The notes beneath the pieces are model-generated. The model was not told the DNA's origin, did not search any database, and saw only the letters and a program-made list of their open reading frames with translations. Positions 13,021-24,910 of a stretch of 64,000 nucleotides of DNA are shown here, in pieces (the first letter of the stretch is position 1; every line of letters begins with the position of its first letter). Source of the DNA: Mobula hypostoma (Eukaryota). The position numbers were made by a program, and so were the translations under genes. The DNA is taken from assembly GCF_963921235.1 (NCBI RefSeq), contig NC_086118.1, positions 24,430,001-24,494,000 of the forward strand, given 5' to 3'.

Positions 13021-14329
13021 ACTTTAATACTAACATTATGTTATGTTAGAGTTGTGAGTCAGATGTGTAAGAAGCCCACAGAATCGATCTACCAGGATAA
13101 CAAAATCAAATTTCTTTTAGTAACATATATATTTATATTATTATTTGAGGATTCTGTAATTACTGTCCCAGGTATCCAGTGTCCACATGCATCATTTGAG
13201 CTGTAGATTAAGGCTCCTTCTACCCTTCCCCAGTTATATGTTTCAGCTCCCATCTCACAAGAAGCCCCTCTGATGCAATGGAAAACCACTTCACCATTTT
13301 CCACACACAGTTCTTCAGCTTGTCTGATCTATAAAAGGGACATTTTGTTCCCATGTGTTCGCTTTCACTGCTAGCTTGATTAACACACCCAAAATAAAAA
13401 GTCATACAGCATCAGTGGAAAGAGAAACAGAGCTAATATTTCAGGTCTGGGACTCTTTGTCGGAACTGGAAAAGAAAAAAAAAATCTGTTATAGTTTACA
13501 GTGAGGTTGGGGGAGGAATGAATGGTATAAAATGAATCTCTCTGATAATGTGAGGCCACGATTGACCAGATGGTTTTATCAATAGATTATTATCACCATG
13601 GCCCTGGTTTCACACAGAGGGATACTGCTTCTCTCACCACCCTACAATTTAAAACTAAGTTTTATTCCTACTTTCCTAATTCTGATTAAGAGTCACTGAT
13701 CTGAAACATTAACTTTGTTTCTTTTTTCAGCTTTCCAGCCTTTGCACTTTCTTTTGAATAATACACCCTAATGTCTCATCACTTTTCGACTTCTACAGCC
13801 AGCACACGCCAAAGGTTTTAATCCTATTATTACAGGCTAGATTCAAGCCCAAGATTTCAAGGGCCATTTTCTTTTGTCTTCAGCGAATCCTGAGGGGCCT
13901 GAGGAATGGAAGCTGCCTCAGCATAAACACATATTTACCAAAATACGTGTGCATGCATACACACGCATGTATCTTTCACCACACCCTGAATATCCTTCTT
14001 CAGACTCCAATTCCTCAGTCTCCTCACCTCTGTCCTCTTTCCATGTAAAAGTGTCCCTTTCCCCATGATCTCCCTCCCTCAACACTTACCTTCCCTTGAA
14101 CAGTGATCAACTGATGTTGGGAATTCCTTCAGGAACTTTTTTTTGTCTCTGGCAATCTACATTCACATCTGCTCAAAATGTCCGTGCCAGCACCAGAAGA
14201 AAAGAGTTCAAAATGTGCACTATCTAAAATTGACAGACTACTTCAGTTATAAAGGAAATTGATTGATCCAGCCCAGATACAATGATGGACATTACTCAGA
14301 TATATACAGAAAAAAGAGATAAAGATTAG

Positions 14330-14645
14330 TTTTATTTGTTACATGTACATCAAAACATATAGTGAAATAGATTGTTTGTGTCAAATAAATGCAGCGAGGA
14401 TCATGCTGGAGGCAATCCTCAAATGTTGCCACACTTCAGGTGCCAAAACAACATGTCCACAATTTACTAACCCTAACCCTAACCGAACATCTTTGGAATA
14501 TGGGAGGAAATTGGAGCAACTGGAAGAAATCTACATGGTCACGGAGAGAATGTGCAGACTTCTTACAGGCAGCAGTGGGAATCTAAGCCTGATCAGTGAT
14601 CAATGGCCCTGTACAGCAATCATGCTGGCCGCTACGCTATCATGC
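14330..14645 (-). mobile_element. V-domain-like tRNA-derived SINE containing (TTAGGG)2-3
   Basis: Minus strand has ctgtaagaagtctgcacattctctccgtgaccatg (V-domain-like) preceded by a tagcgtagcgg A-box; ctaaccctaaccctaacc at ~14467-14484. Confidence 0.7.
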
Positions 14646-14839
14646 CTCCCACTTGTGGGATTAAAGAGCTTGATACTCTCCAGTCCTTTCCATTAGTGTC
14701 ACACTCTGCCACCACAATCTCCAATCCACAGACAGAGAGGTGGAGATGTCTCCACCTCACATGACAATCCTGATCCCAGTTCAGTCTAATTTATCCTGTT
14801 ACTTCAACAGGAAGGTTCCACTCATGAGTTTCTGCTCTA

Positions 14840-15095
14840 AGTCATAGAATCATAGAGAAGCAGAGCACAGAAACAGGCCCTTCAGCCCATCTAGTCTATG
14901 TCAGAACTATTTAAACTGCCGATTTCCAATGACCATAGCCTTTCATATCCCTGCTATCCAAACTTCTCTTAAACACTGAAATCGAGCTGGCACTTGTGCT
15001 GTCAGTTCATTCCACACTCTCACAACCCTCTGAGCGAAGAAGTTTCCCCTCATGTCCTCCTTAAACTTTTCACCTTTTACCCTTAACCCATGACT
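14840..15095 (-). mobile_element. CR1 3' end
   Basis: catagaat tail; ctctgagcgaagaagtttcccctcatg is the antisense of MRGNFFAQR. Confidence 0.8.
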
Positions 15096-15642
15096 TAAGC
15101 CAAGTACTCGAGCTGTGGAGGTTAGTCTGTAGTTAATGCACCACTTGCAGAATTAAAGTATGAAACAATACACTTGACAACAGCATCAGAAAAAAAAATT
15201 CCATCCATTCCTTTTGTACTGCCATCTTAGTGTTTGTTTTCAGGCCAGGATGTACTTCTAGGTGTCCATTATCTTTACCAAGTATTGCCAAGCAGAGCAA
15301 TGGCAACGAAACAGCAAGGTTCCTGGACCAAATGGGAGCAGGTGATTGAGTGAAAGATCACGTGGAACAGTCTCTGGAAGGTGGATCCACATCGCATCAA
15401 GTTCCTTAACCAGGCAGTCCTTCCTAGCCCTTCCAACCTGCATTGCTGGGGTCTTGCAGAATGAACAGCTTGTCCCCTCTGTGAGAAGACCAGTATGCTA
15501 GAGCATATTTTGAGCTGCTGCCCCAGAGCTCTTGCCGATGGCCGTTATCGGTGGTGGCATGACCAGGCCCTCTGGACAATTACTGAGACAATCTGCAGCA
15601 CCCTTAACATCTGCCGGAAAACAAGTCCGGTCAAGTATACCA

Positions 15643-15844
15643 CACATCAAAGTTGCTGGTGAACGCAGCAGGCCAGGCAGCATCTATAGGAAGAGGCGCA
15701 GTCGACGTCAGTCCTGACGAAGGGTCTCGGCCTGAAACGTCGACTGCGCCTCTTCCTATAGATGTTGCCTGGCCTGCTGCGTTCACCAGCAACTTTGATG
15801 TGTGTTGCTTGAATTTCCAGCATCTGCAGAATTCCTGTTGTTTG
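15643..15844 (+). mobile_element. PLE-derived fold-back mini-insertion with 15-bp TSD
   Basis: TSD cggtcaagtatacca at 15628-15642 and 15845-15859; inverted arms 15641-15708 and 15737-15804. Confidence 0.95.
15709..15746 (+). ncRNA. Minimal type I hammerhead ribozyme, intact core
   Basis: cagtc CTGACGA agggtctcggcct GAAAC GTC gactg; stem I cagtc/gactg; predicted cleavage after 15741. Confidence 0.8.
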
Positions 15845-16959
15845 CGGTCAAGTATACCATCTGCTTTGTCAAAGAAGAGGAAAGACCAACAGAACACCAG
15901 AAAACAACCAAGTTGCTCTTCACTGTGTAGGACTGGAAGCTAAAAGCAGACCTGGGAAAACAGCTGCAGATCTGAAGAACAACTGCTAAAAAAGAGGCTG
16001 GAGAGCAAAGTGTTGGCCCATGGAGGTCGGGTGTCGTGGTTTTGCAGGCCAGTCGCTCTGCAAAGTATACACTGCACTTGGAATCGCTGGAGAGAGAAGA
16101 AGGAGAGCCATTTCTACCACCACAGGTGCAGCAGAGAAAGCGTCGAGATGGCTCTGGATAAAGAGGGCAGATCTGTGGGTTGCTGCTAGGGCACAGGCCG
16201 GGGTCTGATCGACTCCGTTCAGGTCGTCAGTGCGAGGGTGTATGATGTTGAAAGACCCGAAACACCCGACGACCCCAGGTAACATCACTGATGATGTGCC
16301 CTTGCTTAGCATCATGCAGGTGTTTCTGTAAGAAGAGAAAGCTTAATTATTGCAGCAAGGCTATGAATATTCCTCAGTGCAATTTAACAATTGTTGTAGG
16401 AGTGAAATGCTGTAGTAAAAGGGCATGGTTTGAATAACAACACTGTTCTCTTTGCCTTTCTCTTTTGAAGTTGCTCCAAACATCAATAACTTCCCCTAGT
16501 GGTACTAATTATTTCCTGGTAACCACCAATGTATTTGATGCTCTGTTGGCAGGCCATGTATCTTTACAATATCCTTTATTTATAAGGTAGATATGCTTAC
16601 ACATAACAGAGATAGTGCTTTTGCAAGCATTATACTTTGAGTATTAAAAAACTGCTTCAAGTTCTGTAACCTCAGTACAGGATGTTTGTGGTGAGTAAAG
16701 GCTTCTGATTCCTGGGTCCATCGATGAAGGAAATGGTCTTGCTGCAGCAGCAATGTAAATTTACAGGCATTTCTGAGGCCTTCCCCATAAGTCATCCTAC
16801 AATTGCACCTGTGTCTATTTAAAAAGTTTTCTGAATTACTCTCTGATTCTAGCCCCATGCCTCTTGCTTTCTGACTGCATAATTTGAGATTGCACGTTAA
16901 AATTATGGACACGAGAAAGTTAGTAATGGCACAAACCAAATTTTCTTCTATTGAAGAAA

Positions 16960-17962
16960 ATTAGACATTGGCTTTTGTAGGAGAGCCAGAGAGTGATAGT
17001 ACAGGGTTGCCTCTCTGAAAGGAGGCCTGGTGAGCTGCAAGGATCAGTGCAGCATCCGTTCTTGTTTGTCATCTATATCAATGATCTGGATGATAATGTG
17101 GTTAACTGGATCAGCAAGCTTGGGGGAGTAATGGACAGTGAGAAAGGCTATCATGACCTGCAGAGGAATCTGCATCAGCTAGGAAAATGGGCTGAAAAAC
17201 AGCAGATGAAATGTAAGCAGACAAGTGCGAGGCTTTGTACTTCAGTAGGACCAACCAGGGTAGATCTTACACAGTGACCAGTAGGGCACCAGGGAGTGTG
17301 GTAGAACAAAGGGATCTGTGAATGCAGGTACATAATTTGTTGAAAGTGGCGTCACAAGTAGAAAGGGCTGTAAAGAATCCTTTTGGCACATTGGCCTTCG
17401 TAAATCGATGCATTGAGTACAGAAGATCAGATGTTGTGTTGAATTTGTAGACATTGGTGAGGCCTAGTTTGGAGAATTGTATGCAGTTTTGGTCATCTAT
17501 CTACAGGAACGATGTAAACGAGGTTGAAAGAGTACAGGCAAAATTCACAGGGTGTTTGCAGGTCAGCAGGACCTGAGTTATAAGGAAAAATTGAAAAAGT
17601 TTGGACTGTATTCTTTAGAGCATAAGAGATTGAGAGGAGATTTGATAGAGGTATGCAAAATTATGAGGGGAATAGATAGGGTAAATACAAACAGGCTTTT
17701 TCCACGGCAATTGGGTGGGACTACAATCAGAGGCCCTGGCTTAAGGGTGAAAGGTGAAAAGTTTAAGGGGAACATGAAGGGAAACTTCTTCACTCAGAGG
17801 GCCAAGTGGTTCATGCGAGCTCGATTTCAGTGTTTAAGAGAAGGGGTATGGAAGGCTATGGTCCTGGTGCATGTCGACGGGAGGAGGCAGTGTAAGTGGC
17901 TTTGGCATGGACTAGATGGGCTGAAGGACCCATTTCTGTGCTATATTTCTCTATGATTTTAT
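16960..17962 (+). mobile_element. CR1 LINE 3' fragment
   Basis: ORFs LFVIYINDLDDNVVNWISK and GLYSLEHKRLRGDLIEVCKIMRG. Confidence 0.92.
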
Positions 17963-18450
17963 GGCTCTTTACAAAGAGTATTGGCACCCAAGATTGCAAG
18001 GTTATTTTGAGTCATAACTGCATGCTCATTTAATGTGATCCATTAGTGCTACATCAACATCTAAGCACCACAATTAAAAGCACAATTCAGTTATTTATTG
18101 AATTTCTCATGTCAAGATGTATCTGAAATATGAAGCATCTATTTCTCCAGTTCAATGCTATATGGTTATTAACCAATGTTCATTTGAAGTATTTGTTGAA
18201 GATAAATCAAGACAGCCAATTTCATCTGAGGTAAGACTGGATGGTGCACAGATGTAGGCAATTTCCTTTGTACAGACATCAGGGTATAATCAAATCACTC
18301 AAAAGATTTTTTCATACTAATACTGGACATAAATCTTATAAAAATGTATTGGAAAAACTCAGAAAGCATCATCATTTGAAGAAGCTTTATGACATTCTAC
18401 AATAACTATAGTAAGGGAATACAAATGCATTGAAAGGCAATATACTATAG

Positions 18451-19601
18451 CAGGGGTCCCCAAACATTTTTGCATTGCGGACCAGTTTAATATTGACAAT
18501 ATTCTTGCGGGCCGGCCGACCGGGAGGGTGGGGGTAGGGTTGCCAACGGACAAGAGTAGCAGTCAAATGCATTGTTTGCCCAGAAAGACTACAATGGCCA
18601 TGAAGCCTTGCGCGGGCAGCAGTGCGCATGCGCGTCGTGACCTACTGGAATATAGGCGATAAGTGGGTAATACACTCAATTTTGTTTCCAAGAGGGTTTA
18701 TCAAGCGAATTTAATATCAAACACAGAGCGCATACTTTCCCCGCATGAATACAGTGATAAGTCAATTATCAGGGGAGGACAGGGGAGCTTGAAGTGTTGA
18801 ACGAACTTCCAGTAGAAGTGGTAGAGGTAGGTTCGATATTATCATTTAAAGAAAAATTGGATAGGTATAGGGGCAGGAAAGGAATGGAAGGTTATGGGTT
18901 GTGTGCAGGTCGGCGGGACTAGGTGAGAGTAACATTCAGCACGGACTAGAAGGGCCGAGATGGCCTGTTTCCGTGCTGTAATTGTTATAGGGTCACTTAT
19001 AAGTCAATAGCATCATAACATTTTAAGTAACATTTGGATATTAAACGCACAGCACATATTTTCCCCGTATGAAGATATAAAATCATTGCAACACACCAAT
19101 ATCGCTGAATCAGTGGGAGCCCTGGGCTTGTTTCCCTGCAACAACACCGTCCTATCGAGGGGTGATGGGAGACAGCGATAGTCGAAGGGGGTCCCTGATG
19201 TCCAGTCTATTCCGCAATTTAGTTTTCATTGCATTCATTGCAGAAAACTCCGCTTCGCAGAAAAATGTTGGAAATGAAAGCAACGTTTTCAGTGCTTTCG
19301 TAGCTATCTCAGGATATTTAGCCTTGATTTTGATCCAAAATGCCGACAGAGATATTATGTCAAACATACTTTCCAGTCCGTCGTCATTTACAAGCTCGAG
19401 GAGTTGATCTCCTTCCCACCCTGACACAGATGACGCGCAGGTCACGTCCTCGCATGCATAATGGCTGATTAGTGGCCGTGACAGGGAATGAGGAAAGGTG
19501 CAGCTGACTCATATCGCCAAATCATATCGCTTCTTCGTGGCCCGGTAGCGCATGCTCTGCGGCCTGGTACTGGTCCGCGGCCCGGTGGTTGGGGACCGCT
19601 G
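18451..19601 (-). mobile_element. hAT (Charlie/Buster) non-autonomous element with transposase C-terminal remnant
   Basis: TIRs caggggtccccaa (18451) and ttggggaccgctg (ends 19601); flanks tacTAtag / tatTAcac fit a decayed NNNTANNN TSD; ORF 19152..19445 FWIKIKAKYPEIATKALKTLLSFPTFFCEAEFS..KTKLRNRLD is the hAT dimerisation domain. Confidence 0.92.
18795..18992 (+). mobile_element. CR1 3' end embedded in the hAT element
   Basis: gaacgaacttccagtagaagtgg...gatggcctgtttccgtgctgtaattgttat is the reverse complement of the CR1 3' end at 6545-6740. Confidence 0.9.
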
Positions 19602-22180
19602 TATTACACTGATATTCACACTTCAGGAAGTACTTCATTGGTTGTTAAGTGTTGTTTCTTTTTCATTCTTTCTCTTTTTTCATTTAACTTTCTCATTCTT
19701 TTTTCTTTCACTTAAGGGACTTTGGAGGAATAGCCACTAAGACATTACTTGCCGCCTCCTCACCCTATATAGAAATAGAATATAAAACAATTCTGCACAG
19801 TTTTGTAGTGCATTATCCATGATTACTATTCTCAGCTTTTCCCTCTTTACTAACATAGTCTGCCAAGCATTTCTTACACCTTTAAAGTGCATTTCTCAGA
19901 TTTTATGTGTTCCTTTGTTTGTTTTTCTCTTCTTTCTAACTACCTTTATTAATCTGTCATCCAGAAGGCATCATTAATAGTTTATCACCATGAAAACCCT
20001 GGCCCCTCCCTATCTGAGATATTTCCTCTTTCAAATCTATTCCCTCCTTCACCTTCTCTGGAATTTGAAACAAATGTTTTCCCTCTTGCATGGTTCTAGA
20101 AAAAAGTCTTCAATCTGAAGTATTATTTCTGCATAGTGCTTTCAGTGTTTGCTGTTTTTCCCCCACATTTTAAACACCTTCTGATTTTATTTTATTTATT
20201 TTTTGCTCTCACACTAACTCTATGATATACAACAGAGAGCAATTCAAGATTTTTCGGTCATTGTTTTGCACATTCCATGTCTTTCAGTTTGTTTAGTAAT
20301 CTATCATTTTGTAACACAAACTGTATATTCAAGTCTGTTGAAAGTACCCTGATGCAATGGGAGCAGGTCTCATAAGGTTAAGTGAATGATTGCTCTTGGA
20401 ATTTGCTAAGTGAAGGAAATGAGAATTCAACTATCTGCCCAATCTCTTTAATTCTTCACTTGTAGGTCCCTTGTTTTAATAGTCTGTTTGATCTTATATT
20501 GGGCCTAACTATTAAATAAAAGAGTAGAGTAAATGAGTCCTACTTGGAAAAAGGACAATTGTCTGCTGTACAAGGAACAGAGAACAAGCTTTTTATAGGT
20601 GGACTTGTTTACTCATTTGAATACTGAGACAAATACTTGACATTAAGACAAACTGTGGGATTGAACTTTTCTGTTGGTTAAGGAACAAAAGGTTTCTTTA
20701 CACATTCTTCAACTAGCTGCCAAAGAAATAGCTTCATGCACAGAAAACTATTCAGACAAAAAGGCAATTTTTGAGTAATATATGCAGGAAAGAAAGGATT
20801 TTCTCAGAGGCATTGGTCTTGCAAAATACTGTTTGACCCCATGCAGTAAAACAAGCCCAGAGCCAAAGCCAATAAAGGCTATACACAAGCCCATGTAAAA
20901 CCACCCATCTTGATAAACAAATCACATCAGTCATTCTTGCAGTTCAATACCATCAGCTGACCTCTGGATTTTGCACAAGTATGGATGAAATTCAGCTGGT
21001 TCTGCTTAGCAGGCACATTACGCCGTTAGTTTACAAAGTTTCACTGAGCAAATTCACATCACAAAACCCTGCCCCCAGTCAGCACCAGCAAGTGTATTTA
21101 TTGCTGATCGGTGCCTAAGTGCCAGTCTTTGATGTTACAAGCTTTACGGCCGAGGCCAGAAATGGGAGTAAACACATCGAACGGCACCTGGCTGAATCTT
21201 AATCCAATTTCTATTTATTTCTCTGAATTCCAAATCCAGAAGTTGTCAAAAGCAGGTGGATGAAACTGACTGATAGGCTGCAAATTCAAAATAAGATTGA
21301 TGATAATGTGGCTTAGTTAATGTGTTTATATCAAATACATTGATAATACATAAAAAGTCCAAGCAGTAAAACATATTCAAAGTCAATGGTGTCACCTCCA
21401 GAACTTTGGTTTGAATCCAGACCAGGTTTTTATGATGAAGCTTTACTCTCTTTTTCTTTCTTTGATGCACATAAGGGTTCTCTGGAAAATTAGTTTTGAC
21501 TAGACGCAATAAAATCTACAGCAAATTCCATGTGCTGCAACACTATATCTGCATTTTTACCTTCAGAATCCACAAGGATGGTTGTTATGAGAAAAGGTTA
21601 CTCTGGCCTAAAACTACAGCCATTTTGAGAATTAAAGGTGTTTTTTCATTGCAGTACAGTGGGAGCTTTATTCAGCAATTGATCCATGCATAGCTACAGT
21701 AGACTGGCTTTCTTCTATACTGCTGGTCTGGATGAGTAAAACAAATAACCCCTACACGGCAGAAACATTTATCTTCAGAGCAATTAAGTTTCCTTCAATC
21801 TTGGTGCTGATCCAACATCTGGCAAATAGCCTGCACATCTCTTTCTAGCCAAACACATGTGGCTGTGAGGCAGTTCTCTAAAATACCGTCTTTGACTGAA
21901 GTGAACATATGGAATCTATAAGATTTAGAAAGTATTTTTCCAGTTGTATTTGGCAAATACTGTGGTCAATATAAGGTAGTGAATGTATTCTCAGTATACT
22001 CCTCTTTCTGCCAATGTAAGTAGTAGCATTTTAAGCAAAATATAGAGAAACTCAACAGGTCAGGTAGCGTCTGTGGAGGGAAATGGACAGATAACATTTT
22101 AAAAGCTTTGTTCTGGATTGAAAGAGTAAACTGGGAGTAGTGCATATAAAATAGTTGAGGGTGAGGGGTGGAGCAAGGCT

Positions 22181-22468
22181 GGCAAGTGATACTGGATCCC
22201 AGTAAGGGAGGAATCCCTTTAAAATGAGCAAGTATTAGTGGATCCAGGTGAGGAAGGTAACATTTTAATATGAGCAAGTGATACTGGATCCAGGTGAGGA
22301 AGGTGTCTCTTTAATATGAGCAAGTGTTAGTGGATCCAGGTGAGGAAGGTAACATTTTAATATGAGCAAGTGATACTGGATCCAGGTGAGGAAGGTGTCT
22401 CTTTAATATGAGCAAGTGTTAGTGGATCCAGGTGAGGAAATTAACACTTTAATATGAGCAAGTGATAG
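22181..22468. repeat. 46-bp minisatellite with alternating A/B units
   Basis: gagcaag unit starts at 22226, 22272, 22318, 22364, 22410 and 22456. Confidence 0.97.
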
Positions 22469-22778
22469 TTCCCAGTAAAATAATGACGTAAGTACATCTA
22501 CAGCTGGTAACGTAGGGTACAAATATTTCCAGATTTTAGTGAGGAGGTGAACTTATTATTTCAACTTTGATACATCATATTTAATTATATTCATAATAAT
22601 TTCCCCTTTCTCCTGACCCACAGTGTAATATCAAGTATAATATTGTGGTTATTATATTTACAATAACACTCTTTTGCTTTCACAAACTCATGATGACCTT
22701 GTTCATAACCCCAACAAACCTATCCAACTCACTCAACATCACCCTCCACTCACAGGCCGTAATTTCGTCACCCATTAT

Positions 22779-23222
22779 CTCCAACCTGGTGGCATGAACA
22801 TTGACTTCTCAAACTTCCGCTACTGCCCCACCTCCTCCTCGTACCCCATCCGTTATTTATTTATATACACACATTCTTTTTCTCTCTCTCCTTTTTCTTT
22901 CTCTGTCCCTCTGACTATAACCCTTGCCCATCCTCTGGGTTTTTCCCCCCTTCCCCCCTTTTCCTTCTCCCTGGGACTCCTGTCCCATGATCCTCTCATA
23001 TCCCTTTTGCCAATCACCTGTCCAGCTCTTGGCTCCATCCCTCCCCCTCCTGTCTTCTCCTATCATTTCCGATCTCCCCCTCCCCCTCCCACTTTCAAAT
23101 CTCTCACTCGCTCTTCTTTCAGTTAGTCCTGATGAAGGGTCTCGGCCCGAAACGTTGACTGTACCTCTTCCTAGAGAGGCTGCCTGGCCTGCTGTGTTCA
23201 CCAGCAACTTTCATGTGTGTTG
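22779..23222 (+). mobile_element. PLE 3' end (ORF end LQPGGMNIDFSNFR plus terminal repeat)
   Basis: Same family as 4592-5008 and 35735-36162. Confidence 0.92.
23125..23160 (+). ncRNA. Minimal hammerhead ribozyme (GUU cleavage triplet)
   Basis: agtc CTGATGA agggtctcggccc GAAAC GTT gact. Confidence 0.75.
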
Positions 23223-23584
23223 TAGCTCCACATACTTATTACTTTTCCAACCCACTGAGCCTTGTGTCTCTAGAAGCACCCTCACTCATCCATTGTTGCA
23301 TTCATTCTCGCCCCAACACTTCTTTACCTCACTCAAAACTAGCCCCTCCTGCCCCTTACCCCAACCTCCCATATTTCTGGCCCTCCACCTCTCTCCCATA
23401 CCACCCAGCAACCGTCCACAGACTCGGCCAGTCTCCTTTGCAACTAATGTGCATGCCCTCTTTTGTGAAAGGCCAATTCATTAGCACCCAAAACCTTAGG
23501 AGGTGTCAATGTTACTGAAATTCTACGTATACAATATAATAGGCATACAACAAAAGTGGTAGTTATCAATGAATTTCTGTAGAT

Positions 23585-24075
23585 CTGCATCTTTGTAGAA
23601 CAGAGAGATCTAAGGGTACAAATACATAGTTCACGAAAAGTGACAACACACATAAGCAAGGAGGTGAAGGTATATGTCATACTTGCCTCCATCGACTGGG
23701 CACTCAGTACATGGATTTGGATATCATCTTACAACTGGACAGGATATTAGTGAGACCACTTACAGTATTGTGTGCAGTTCTGCTCACTATATTATACGAT
23801 AAATGTTATGAAGCTAGTGAAAAAATTCACAAGAACGTTGCTGCGACGGAAGGGATAAGTCACAAGGAGAGACTGGATAGATTTCAACTGTTTTCCCTTG
23901 AATGAAGGAAGCTGAGGGGCAACTTTAAAGAGGTTTATTAAATCATGAGGGGCACAGGTGGGAGGTGACAGTCATTTCCCTCAGATAGGGGCATCTAAAA
24001 ATAGAGAGCGTAGGTTTAAGGTGAGAAGGAAAATATTTTAAAGGAACCTGAAGGGCAAGATTTACACACGGAGGG
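23585..24075 (+). mobile_element. Old CR1 fragment
   Basis: LQLDRILVRPL..KERLDRFQLFSLE; resumes near 24480-24580 after SINE and MITE insertions. Confidence 0.75.
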
Positions 24076-24077
24076 TG

Positions 24078-24325
24078 ATGGCAGCACTGTAGCATAGCAG
24101 TTAGCACACTGCTCTGCAGTACCTGCTACCCAGGGTTCAATTCCCACTGCTGTCTGTAAGGAGTTTGAATGTTCTCCCCGTGACCACACGTGTTTCCTCC
24201 CACAGTCCAAATCTGTACCAGTTGCTAGGTTAATTGGTCGTTGTAAATTGTCCTGTGATTAGTCTAGGGTTAAATCGAAGGGCCAGAATGGGCTACATCC
24301 GCACTGTATCTCAATAAATAAATGA
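24078..24325 (+). mobile_element. V-SINE (HE1-like)
   Basis: A/B-box-like tagcatagcag and gggttcaattcc; V-domain ctgtaaggagtttgaatgttctccccgtg; ctgtatctcaataaataaat tail. Confidence 0.85.
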
Positions 24326-24910
24326 AGTACTGTATATGGGACGAGCGCCAGTAGAAGCGGCTGTGTTGGGTATGTATACAATGCTTATAAGCCTGTTCAT
24401 TGGAGCAAAGATTCCCAATTTTTCTTATGCCATCGACCAATACCTGGGGTCTGTGAGCCCCAGGCTGGGAACCCCAAGGGATATGAACCAAATATAATAA
24501 AGTGGAACCAGCTCAGGAAGGCACCTTAATCATCATGGACCAATTTGGCTGGAGGGCCGTTTTCTATGCTGTAAAACTCCACAAATCTAAACATTTGGGC
24601 TCATAACCTGCTTTTCACTTTCCCAGTTGTGTTGCTTTGTAGCATGTTTAAAGCAAGTCAGCTGGTGTGAGCAAAAAATATCTTAAAAAGCTGTCTGCTG
24701 TTTATCACATTCTCAATTTTTTTGAGTCTCCACTGCAGGCTTTATGAGTAGAACTTCATTTGGTGTTACCTGCAATATGGGACATGTGATGGTTCAAACT
24801 GCACCTCAAATGTTTGCAATCAGTTCTACAGTTAACAAGCATCTTGAAAGGTTCCTAACTGATGTTGCATTAATATTTTATGAACTGAGATTACTTGCCA
24901 GAAGATGTTA

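Larger units (their letters stand above)
15287..16325 (+). mobile_element. HERO-like (R2/NeSL group) REL-endonuclease retrotransposon, 3' part
   Basis: Plus frames give KQQGSWTKWE, HRIKFLNQAV-LPSPSNL, CPLCEK..LEHILSCCPRALADGRYRWWHDQ (CCHC and RHD-like) and MEVGCRGFAGQSL...AEKASRWLWIKR; 3' UTR gaaagacccgaaacacc...catcactgatgatgtg. Confidence 0.88.

Noticed and set aside
15643..15844. Fold-back inserts as DNA-transposon MITEs or retrozymes
   Set aside because: The inverted repeats are not terminal (one-sided tail), junctions differ among copies, TSDs are 14-15 bp, and there are no direct tandem ribozyme repeats.
16240..16300. GAAAC and CTGATGA in the HERO 3' UTR as a hammerhead
   Set aside because: I could not form the required stems and NUH cleavage site around the two boxes.
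19152..19445. Domesticated ZBED/SCAND-type gene
   Set aside because: Short C-terminal fragment between TIRs of a non-autonomous hAT element.
22181..22468. Regularly spaced repeats as a CRISPR array
   Set aside because: Contiguous tandem units without unique spacers, no cas genes, vertebrate context.
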